A stretch of 64,000 nucleotides of DNA from Kiritimatiellia bacterium. Lineage in GTDB: Bacteria > Verrucomicrobiota > Kiritimatiellia > RFP12 > UBA1067. The notes below the pieces were generated by a model that was given only the letters and a program-made list of their open reading frames with translations, did no database searches and had not been told where the DNA came from. The DNA lies in assembly GCA_017450695.1 (NCBI GenBank), contig JAFSTA010000109.1, forward strand, positions 8,301-72,300, given 5' to 3'. Below are positions 56,734 through 64,000 of this stretch, piece by piece (position 1 is the first letter of the stretch; every line of letters starts with the position of its first letter). Position numbers and translations under genes: made by a program.

Positions 56734-58023
56734 ATGTGCCGTTCGGTGAATCTGGCGATACGGAATGTCCGTCTGGTTGATCCGGCCAGCGGACGGGACG
56801 AGGTCACGGACTTCGTGGTTCGCGACGGCGTGATCCAGCCGCCCGGCGCGAATTGCACGGGACTGGAATTGCGGAACGGCGAAGGTTGCGTGGTCGCGCC
56901 GGGACTGTGGGATGTCCATGTGCATTTCCGCGATCCGGGGAATCCGGCGGCGGAGACCACGCAGACCGGCGCGGCCGCCGCCGCCGCGGGCGGGTTCACG
57001 CATGTGGTCACAATGCCGAACACGTCACCCGCTTGCGACAACGCGGAACAGATTCGCGCCCAGCTCGATTCCTCGTTTCCGGTTCGGATCCTTCCCTCCG
57101 GCTGCGTCACCAAGGGGCGCGCTGGGGAGGAGCTGGCGGCACTCGCGTCGCTTTCGGATGCGGGCGCTTCCTCGTTCACCGATGACGGAAACATGGTTGT
57201 TTCCGACGAACTGATGGTTCGCGCGATGGCCTTCGCGCAGTCGGTCGGCAAGCCCGTGATGGATCACGCGGTCGTGCCGTTGATCGCGCAAGGCGGCGTG
57301 ATTCGCGACTGCCCGCTGGCGCGGGAGAACGGATGGCGAATCTTTCCCCCGGAGGCCGAGGTGGAAGCGGCGAAACGCGACATCCGCCTGTGCGGGCAGA
57401 CCGGCTGCCGTACGGACATCCAGCACATCTCCTGCGGCGAGACGGTACGCCTGATCCGCGAGGCGCGCGCACGCGGCGTACCCGTTACCGGGGAGGCGAC
57501 GCCGCACCATCTCTCGATTGCCGTGGAGGATGTGCCGGGTGACGATGCCGGCTACAAGATGAACCCGCCGCTGGGAACCCGCGGGGATGTCGCGGCGATT
57601 CGCCAAGGCGTGTTGGATGGCACGCTTTCCCTTTTTGCTACGGATCACGCGCCGCACACGGCGGAGTCGAAGGCCGCCGGATTCGCGCACGCGCCTTTTG
57701 GGATTATCGGACTGGAAACGGCGTTGGGCGTGACGTGGCGCGTGATGGTGGATGAAATGCGGATGCCGCCGCTGGACTTTTTCAACCGGTGGGTGGTCGG
57801 TCCCGCGCATCTGTTGGGGGTTGCGCCCACGCGACTGGACGCGGGAAATGTGGCGGACTTCGTGCTGATCGGTACGCGGGGTCCGTGGACGGTTGATCCG
57901 TCTCGTTTCCGGTCGAAGTCGCGGAACCAGCCGTACACGGGATGGACGCTGCCCGTCCGTCCGTTGTTGACGGTCTGCGAGGGCAGGGAAACGTTTCGCG
58001 AAAAAACAGGAGAGCAAAGATGA
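56734..58023 (+). CDS. pyrC: Dihydroorotase (cyclic amidohydrolase superfamily)
   Basis: 429 aa. DVHVHFRDPG metal-binding signature, FATDHAPH. Allantoinase/hydantoinase cannot be fully excluded. Confidence 0.75.
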   Translation: MCRSVNLAIRNVRLVDPASGRDEVTDFVVRDGVIQPPGANCTGLELRNGEGCVVAPGLWDVHVHFRDPGNPAAETTQTGAAAAAAGGFTHVVTMPNTSPACDNAEQIRAQLDSSFPVRILPSGCVTKGRAGEELAALASLSDAGASSFTDDGNMVVSDELMVRAMAFAQSVGKPVMDHAVVPLIAQGGVIRDCPLARENGWRIFPPEAEVEAAKRDIRLCGQTGCRTDIQHISCGETVRLIREARARGVPVTGEATPHHLSIAVEDVPGDDAGYKMNPPLGTRGDVAAIRQGVLDGTLSLFATDHAPHTAESKAAGFAHAPFGIIGLETALGVTWRVMVDEMRMPPLDFFNRWVVGPAHLLGVAPTRLDAGNVADFVLIGTRGPWTVDPSRFRSKSRNQPYTGWTLPVRPLLTVCEGRETFREKTGEQR

Positions 58024-58841
58024 ACTGGGAGATTTTCAACAAGGCTGCGGATTCTTTGCCGGAGGTCTTTTGGGAGAGTCCGGTTGACTGCGGGTTGATT
58101 CTGGGATCGGGGTGGGGAAGTGTCCTGACCTGCGACGAGGTGATCGCGTCGGTCAAGTACGACCGGATTCCGGGGCTGGGACAGACCTCCGTCGTCGGTC
58201 ACGCGGGGGAATTGCGCCTCTACCTCCGTCACGGCTTGCGGATCGCCGCGTTTATGGGGCGTCGTCACTACTACGAGGGCGCGGGGATGGAACCTGTCGT
58301 GATGCCGGTCGAACTGTTGCGCCGCATGAGCGGGCGGCGGCTTCTCGTGACGAACGCCTCCGGTGGCATCAACCCGAAATTCAAGGCTGGCGACCTGATG
58401 GTGATCACCGATCATCTGAACACCGTCGGGATCAATCCGCTGATCGGACCGGTGAACCCGAACTGGGGTGTCCGTTTCCCGGATCTCAGCCACGTGTACA
58501 ATCCCGAACTCAGCGCGATATTGCGCGAGGCGGCGGCGGAGATCGGGGTGTCGCTGTGGGACGGGGTTTACGCATTCACCGCCGGACCGGTCTTCGAAAC
58601 TCCCGCCGAAGTTCGCGCGTATGCGGGCATGGGCGCGGACGCGGTCGGTATGTCCACCGTGCCGGAATGCACGCTGGCCGCCGCGATCGGCATCCCGACA
58701 GCCGGACTCAGTTGTATCGCCAATCCGGCGGCGGGAATTCAATCCGAAGCGTTGAACCACCAAGAAGTGCTGGACGCAACGCAAAAGGCGACGCCCCGCA
58801 TGGCGACGCTTGTTGATGCCTTCCTGCGTCGTTTCGCCTGA
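58020..58841 (+). CDS. Purine nucleoside phosphorylase (PNP/MTAP family 2)
   Basis: 273 aa from ATG 58020 (ATGA overlap with the pyrC stop). GMSTVPE and GRRHYYEG motifs. Confidence 0.85.
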   Translation: MNWEIFNKAADSLPEVFWESPVDCGLILGSGWGSVLTCDEVIASVKYDRIPGLGQTSVVGHAGELRLYLRHGLRIAAFMGRRHYYEGAGMEPVVMPVELLRRMSGRRLLVTNASGGINPKFKAGDLMVITDHLNTVGINPLIGPVNPNWGVRFPDLSHVYNPELSAILREAAAEIGVSLWDGVYAFTAGPVFETPAEVRAYAGMGADAVGMSTVPECTLAAAIGIPTAGLSCIANPAAGIQSEALNHQEVLDATQKATPRMATLVDAFLRRFA

Positions 58842-59347
58842 TCGGGCGTATCCCCGTGTCGAGCAAGGACTGGGGCACGGATTCCCGGTTCGTCAACCAT
58901 ATCCCGCACGGAGACGATTCCGTTCTCGTGGCGGTCTGATCTGATTCGTCTTGAATTCCTCTGTTGGACAAGGTGAAAACCACGGAACTCGCGGAATAAG
59001 CAAGCGAGGAAACGTTACGTTTCCGAGGTAGCCGTGTTGAAAAACGCCCCCCGAGAGATGGAGTCCTGTCGGTTGTGCTTGTCACCGTTTGGGTGAATTG
59101 CCTCACGTTCTCCGTTTATCCTATTGTGATGGACATGGTAAATGCCGGTATGACAATTGGTAGGGCGCGTAGTCCTCGACGCACCGTAATTTCAGTGTCG
59201 GGCAACCCAGGATTTCGGTTTTGGCAGGAATCGAGATAGAGAGGGGAAGGACAGCAATTCGGGGCAACGAGAACGTTGCCCCTCGCGCTATACGGACGGC
59301 TTTCAACCGCGTGTTTCAGGTTTGTTCCAATCCTTCCGGCTGTTTCA

Positions 59348-62300
59348 CTAGCGGATCAGGAAGACCATGCCGCCGCGTGAAATCGTACCATAGACGACGC
59401 CGTTTTGGATGACCGCGTTCGCGGAATACCCGTCTGTGGCGGCCGTGCCGTTTATTGTCACGTTCCACTTCACGCCGGTCAGACCGCTGGCTGCCACCAC
59501 CGGAACGCGGTAGCCGTTCATGCCGGACTCGTCGCCGACATACGGGATGTCGAGCGCGACCTCGCCATTGGGCGGCAACTGGAGAGCGTTCATCGTCAAC
59601 GCGGCGGTCTGACCGGGCGCGGCGGTGAAACCGCCGCCCTCCTCGATCGTCACGCGGGCGACCGTACCCGTACCGCCGACATACGCGCCGGCCTGCACGA
59701 TGATATTCGTGGAACGGAATCCCCCCGCATCGACCAGCAATGCGCCCTCGTTCACGCGCGTCGCCTCCGTGTAGTACTTTCCGCTTGCATCTGCGCTGTT
59801 CAGCCGTAACGTACCCAGGCCGGTCTTCAGAAGCCCCGTGCGGAAGTAGGTATTGGAGTAGAGCTTGTTGGTGACCGCGCCGCTTGTATTTCCGGCCCAG
59901 CGCAGCGTGGGCTTGAGAACCACGCCAATCGTCACGTCCACATCCGCGTTCGCCGTAATGTCCGCCACATGGAACTCGGTCTTGCCGTGCTGGTAAATCT
60001 TCGTCCCGCTGATTTCCTGGTAGGCGTCGTTCTGCCAACCAAGCGAGAAGTAGCAGGTTCCGCCAGTATCCTGAAGGTCATACGGCCTCGTCCCGTCAAA
60101 ACGGACACGCTGGGCGAAGGCGAAAGTCCCGTAGGGACGGAACTCCGTCGTGTCACCGGTCCCGCCGGTATTGGCGCCGCTGTATTCGAGTGTCGCGTCG
60201 TAGAGGTCGAGGAATGGCATGGCGTTGATTTTCCCGTGGCTCTGCCGGATCGTACCGTTGGTGACGGCGATCGTCATCCCGTTCACAGTCGATCCCTGCC
60301 CGAATACGTCGGTCCCGTCGAGCCAGAGTGTTCCTCCATTGACGACGACGTGGAGATCGGGACTGGTGGTGTTTCCGATCACCGAATTCGTCGGGCACTC
60401 GAAGCAAGGCTCTCCGCTGGAAACGCTGACCGCCAGCCTGACCGCGCCCTCGACGATTTCGATACGTCCCGTCGTGGTGCTGTGCCTGTTCGACAGATTA
60501 AGCATTCCCGGTCCCGTCTTTCGCATATTCAAAGGCGTTGCAACGTGCTTCGTGCTCCAGTTCGGCGCATCCATGAGGCGGGCGCCGAACGTGAGATCCG
60601 GCGTGTCGTCGGCAACTCCGTCCCCGGTGATCTCCGCGACATAGCAGTCTGACGGGGAACCGTCGCTGTTCCCGAAGAAGACGCCCGCGTTGTCCTCGCC
60701 TGAAACCGTGACCGCGTTGGTGCCGATGACGGTGAGCCCGCCAGTGAATCCGAAGGCCGGCCAAAGTCCGCTGTTTCCGGAACACGTGACCTTGGCGTTC
60801 TCCAGCAGGACGGGGCCGAGACCGTTTGTCTTCTTCGCCTCCTGCGAGAGGGTGCCGCCGTTCACATGGATCGGGACGGTACTCGTGGCGTAGAACTGCC
60901 CCTGAAGGTCGCTAGCAAGAAGATGAAGCGTCGCGCCGGGATGAACCCGGAACGTATGCCTGTTCGCTTCGCCCTGCAAACCGAAGCAGCTGGTACGCGT
61001 CGCTTCAGTCGTGGCGTTTCCGTACCCGATCTTGAGCGTTCCCTCCACCACATCGACATCGCCCGTGTAGTTGGAGAGCGACATGCAGTTGTCCGCATTG
61101 ATGCCGTTCAGCTCCAGCGTTCCCGCCCCCGTCTTTCGGAATCCGCAGTGGGGGTAGGAATACGCATACCTTCCGCGGCGGATCGGCATACTGACGATGA
61201 AGTCGGAAGCGGAGTTTCCCGTCATGTCCGGAACGTCGATGACAGCCTGGGCGGACCTGCCCAAGCAAAGTCCGGTATTGTTATTGGGCTTGTTTTTCCC
61301 GTCGGTTTCCAGACTCGGCTCGATACGTATTGCCTGTGTTCCCGAAACGTAGAGATTGTCGGCGTAGAGCGAGCCCCAGTTGTTCCCCTGCCCTCCGTGC
61401 GCATAGACGGTGGAGTTGTGCAGATAGACGTCACCGGCGTTGAAGGTGGCGTTCGTCCTGAGGTGCAGAACGGAATCGTAGAGTTTCAGGCGCGCGCTGG
61501 CTTTCACGGTATATTGCCCTCCCCCGGTGAACGGGCAAGCACCGTTGACGCGGAGCGTGGCGTTGGAGATGACGATGTCGCGCTCCACGCGCGGATTGCC
61601 CAGCGCCCCGGCGGTAATATCCACTTTGTCCCTGCTTCCGGTAAGGACGACCTCGCCACCGGCAAAGAGCATATCTCCCGTGAGGGAGTGATCGACGCCG
61701 GTAATGGTCAACTTGCCGGAACCGAATTTGCGGAAAGTCCCGGAACCGGCAAGCCCTCCTTTGTCGATGTCGCCGCTGGCGAGTGTGTAGTCGGTAGTGT
61801 TGTAGATCGTGACGGAGCCGGGGGTGACGGTCGTGTTGTCGGGAATGGTGGCGGTGAATACGGAGGCCCGGTCGTTGAAAACCGCGTCGCCTCCGTCCGT
61901 CCAGCTTTGCCCGGCGGTTCCGTTCCGCTCCCAGTTGGCGTCGATCATGTTCCAGTTTCCGCTGACCGTCCCATCCCAGACATAGACATCGGTGGCGGAA
62001 CCGATGTCGAGGAGACTGGAGGCGGAAAGCTGGGTTTCCCCGGAAGCGGGGGAACAGAGGACGCTCTCGCCGCCGACAACGAAGTCGTCGTTCGCGACGG
62101 CGGAATAGAAGATCGAGCCGGAGCGGGAATCGTAGAAGCCGACGCGCCCGCTCAGGACGCAAGGCCGGAGAGCGAGAGCGAGACTTCCCTGGTCGGAGAT
62201 GTCGCAGGAGTAGATGAGACCTCCGCAGATGATGTTGGCGGCGGCAGGGACTTCCTCCGCCACCAGATTGCGGGCGCAGAGGAGCATGGTGGCGTTGGCG

Positions 62301-62911
62301 GTGGCCGTGCGGTTGGTCGCCGCGCGCGTCGAGTTGGCAATGACACTCGTTTCCGCGGTCGCGTAATTATAGACGGTGACGGCACCGGTATCGGCGTCCA
62401 GGGAGAGACGGGTGCGGACGACCGTAGCCTCGACACCGGACCACTGCCAGTCCCCCTTGCCGTCGGAACAGGCGGTTCCCCATTGCCGCGGGGTCGCATT
62501 CGGAAGATAGAGGTCGAACGAGAGGAGGGATGTGCCGTCGTCGGAATCCACACCGAAGACCCGCTGCTGTACCGTGCGGATCTGGTCCAGCTTGAAATCG
62601 ACGGTGACGACGGTCGTAGGACCTGGACAGATACCCGTGTCGAGATACTGCGTCCCGGTCTGTCGGGCTGCTTCGATCAAGGTGTCGTAGGGGAGGGCGT
62701 TCTCGACGAGAAAAGCGCGTAAGAACCTAAATCCCCGGCTGGTCAGGAAGGGCGAGAGAGGAACGCTCGCGGATGTCGCCCCCGCGCCCACGACACCGGC
62801 GCGCTGGAAGAATGACCATGCAGAAAGATTCGCGCCCTTGTCGGCCGTGTCACCGGCGATATACAGTGCGTGGTTGTCTCCCGCAACCCCCGCCTCAAAG
62901 GTGACGGTCAC
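59348..62911 (-). CDS. Large beta-helical surface protein (autotransporter-associated beta-strand repeat / pectate-lyase-like fold); body of a probably phase-variable gene
   Basis: 1187 aa, Gly/Thr/Asn-rich with repeated ...GTL.L.G.N.Y.G.T.V.GG.L... beta-helix turns. The track start is a GTG with no signal peptide. A perfect signal-peptide h-region (ASILALFAAATIQA) is encoded immediately upstream in the same frame, but the ATG candidates (63018, 63059) are one frame off across a G9 tract. Confidence 0.8.
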   Translation of the reverse strand: MTVTFEAGVAGDNHALYIAGDTADKGANLSAWSFFQRAGVVGAGATSASVPLSPFLTSRGFRFLRAFLVENALPYDTLIEAARQTGTQYLDTGICPGPTTVVTVDFKLDQIRTVQQRVFGVDSDDGTSLLSFDLYLPNATPRQWGTACSDGKGDWQWSGVEATVVRTRLSLDADTGAVTVYNYATAETSVIANSTRAATNRTATANATMLLCARNLVAEEVPAAANIICGGLIYSCDISDQGSLALALRPCVLSGRVGFYDSRSGSIFYSAVANDDFVVGGESVLCSPASGETQLSASSLLDIGSATDVYVWDGTVSGNWNMIDANWERNGTAGQSWTDGGDAVFNDRASVFTATIPDNTTVTPGSVTIYNTTDYTLASGDIDKGGLAGSGTFRKFGSGKLTITGVDHSLTGDMLFAGGEVVLTGSRDKVDITAGALGNPRVERDIVISNATLRVNGACPFTGGGQYTVKASARLKLYDSVLHLRTNATFNAGDVYLHNSTVYAHGGQGNNWGSLYADNLYVSGTQAIRIEPSLETDGKNKPNNNTGLCLGRSAQAVIDVPDMTGNSASDFIVSMPIRRGRYAYSYPHCGFRKTGAGTLELNGINADNCMSLSNYTGDVDVVEGTLKIGYGNATTEATRTSCFGLQGEANRHTFRVHPGATLHLLASDLQGQFYATSTVPIHVNGGTLSQEAKKTNGLGPVLLENAKVTCSGNSGLWPAFGFTGGLTVIGTNAVTVSGEDNAGVFFGNSDGSPSDCYVAEITGDGVADDTPDLTFGARLMDAPNWSTKHVATPLNMRKTGPGMLNLSNRHSTTTGRIEIVEGAVRLAVSVSSGEPCFECPTNSVIGNTTSPDLHVVVNGGTLWLDGTDVFGQGSTVNGMTIAVTNGTIRQSHGKINAMPFLDLYDATLEYSGANTGGTGDTTEFRPYGTFAFAQRVRFDGTRPYDLQDTGGTCYFSLGWQNDAYQEISGTKIYQHGKTEFHVADITANADVDVTIGVVLKPTLRWAGNTSGAVTNKLYSNTYFRTGLLKTGLGTLRLNSADASGKYYTEATRVNEGALLVDAGGFRSTNIIVQAGAYVGGTGTVARVTIEEGGGFTAAPGQTAALTMNALQLPPNGEVALDIPYVGDESGMNGYRVPVVAASGLTGVKWNVTINGTAATDGYSANAVIQNGVVYGTISRGGMVFLIR

Positions 62912-63000
62912 CGTCGTCGTGCCGCCCGATGTCGCGAAACTCGCGCCCGTAATCGAACGGGCTTGGATGGTTGCTGCCGCGAACAGGGCAAGGATCGATG

Positions 63001-63009
63001 CCCCCCCCC
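63001..63009 (-). repeat. Homopolymeric tract, 9 C on the + strand (G9 in gene orientation), inside the 5' coding region of the beta-helix protein gene
   Basis: Read directly. With G10 (or G7) the frame ATG(63059)...MIRAMVQGGG-ASILALFAAATIQA-RSITG... becomes continuous with the 1187-aa body. Confidence 0.85.
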
Positions 63010-63146
63010 TGTACCATTGCCCGAATCATCCATGAACACATCGCCCTACCGTCTTTCATCTGCTTTGCCATAGTCCAGCTTCCTTCCTGTACTTTTTTCA
63101 CAACCATGCGATCCACTCGAACATTCCTCATACGTTCCCCGGCCGT

Positions 63147-64000
63147 TCATCGGACAGGCGTGTCCACCATCTCGAAGACCAGCGTGCCGCCGTCGCGGAC
63201 CTGGTCGTGCGTGAGCTTGAAGCCGTTCAGCGGTTTCCCGTTGAGCGTGACGGACTTCACGTACTTGCGTTCCTTCGAGAGGTCGCGCGCGATCACGGTG
63301 AAGGTCTTTCCGCCGCCGACCTGCAGCGTCACCTTCGGCACCTGCGGCGCCCCCAGCACGTACCCGCCCGCGCAGGGGTTGAAGGGATAGAATCCCATCG
63401 CCGAGAAGAGATACCAGGCGGACATCTGTCCGCAGTCGTCGTTGCCGCACAGCCCGTCGGGCTTGTTCAGGTAGAGCCTGTCGAAGACCTCGCGCACCAG
63501 CTCGGCGGTCTTGTCGGGGCGGTCCGCGTACTGGAAGAAGTAGATGACGTGGTGGCTCGGCTCGTTCCTGTGCGCGTACTGCCCGATCAGCCCCGACACG
63601 TCGCCGGTGAACCCGCCCGCGCCCTTGATGGTTTCCGGTTGCACGAAGAGCTGGCTCAGCTTGTCCGCGAACTTCTCCTTGCCTCCCATCAGCCCGACCA
63701 GCGTCTCCGGTTCCTGCAGCACGTGCCAGGTGTACTGCCAGGCGTTGCCTTCCGTGAAGTCGTTCGCCGTGCGCGCCCCGTGCCCGATGATGATCGGGTC
63801 GAACGGCTCGCGCCACTTCCCGTTCGTGTCCTTTCCTCGCATGAAGCCGATTTCCGGGTCGAAGACATTGCGGAAGTACCGCGCGCGCTTCTCGTAGAAG
63901 GCGGCGCGTTCCGCGTTGCCGGTCTTCCGCGCCAGCCACGCGGCGCACCAGTCGTTGTACCCGCACTCCAGCGTACGCGAGACGGACTCCCCCTTGATCA
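63147..64000 (-). CDS. GH92-family alpha-mannosidase, C-terminal part (gene continues beyond the window end)
   Basis: GH92 C-terminal signature blocks FDP.IGF.RGKDTNGKW, GLCGNDDCGQMSAWYLFSAMGFYP. The frame is open to position 64000. Confidence 0.85.
   Translation of the reverse strand, partial: IKGESVSRTLECGYNDWCAAWLARKTGNAERAAFYEKRARYFRNVFDPEIGFMRGKDTNGKWREPFDPIIIGHGARTANDFTEGNAWQYTWHVLQEPETLVGLMGGKEKFADKLSQLFVQPETIKGAGGFTGDVSGLIGQYAHRNEPSHHVIYFFQYADRPDKTAELVREVFDRLYLNKPDGLCGNDDCGQMSAWYLFSAMGFYPFNPCAGGYVLGAPQVPKVTLQVGGGKTFTVIARDLSKERKYVKSVTLNGKPLNGFKLTHDQVRDGGTLVFEMVDTPVR

Noticed and set aside
59261-59282. GGGGCAACG-AGAA-CGTTGCCCC stem-loop as an intrinsic terminator of the beta-helix gene
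   Set aside because: No U-tract follows it on the coding (minus) strand. The same hairpin family (GGCAACG...GTTGCC) recurs at 18168, 21880, 22300 and 32870, so it is better explained as a REP-like repeat.

Overview
This is a high-GC (about 60% or more by eye) chromosomal segment with about 43 protein-coding genes and one tRNA. By inference it comes from a PVC-superphylum bacterium (Verrucomicrobia-, Lentisphaerae- or Kiritimatiellae-like) with a glycan-degrading lifestyle. The inference rests on the many TAT/Sec-exported Gfo/Idh/MocA oxidoreductases, GH92/GH-like enzymes, an M66-like metalloprotease, tandem esterases and a beta-helix surface protein.

Housekeeping blocks:
- a dapA-dapB-folK operon that continues into an APH-fold kinase and a SWIM-SNF2 helicase
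- ftsK and a RodZ-like protein
- argS
- exbB-exbD-tonB
- pyrC and a purine nucleoside phosphorylase
- a CsoR-like gene and copA

The features most worth a second look:
1. A 9-nt poly-G tract sits in the signal-peptide-coding region of a 1187+-aa beta-helical surface protein. It puts the ATG start out of frame with the gene body, which looks like a phase-variation switch.
2. Almost every intergenic region contains mosaic arrays of at least five REP/BIME-like palindromic repeat families. There is a 970-bp array with a duplicated 145-bp module and a 1.4-kb array. Inverted copies flank a glycoside hydrolase gene, and permuted modules flank argS.
3. A 3.1-kb low-GC island (50.25-53.36 kb) carries an HTH / PD-(D/E)xK endonuclease / beta-class DNA methyltransferase operon, which I read as a C-R-M restriction-modification system.
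4. A CsoR-fold protein has all three Cu-sensing ligands replaced and carries an acidic N-terminal extension. It is cotranscribed with copA.
5. A frameshifted AlbA_2/HATPase_c_4 regulator breaks at a duplicated A-rich 14-mer.
6. A radical SAM/SPASM enzyme is coupled to a Cys-containing lipoprotein.
7. Four genes in a row encode three TAT-exported Gfo/Idh/MocA oxidoreductases and a DapA-like aldolase.

I found no CRISPR array and no rRNA.
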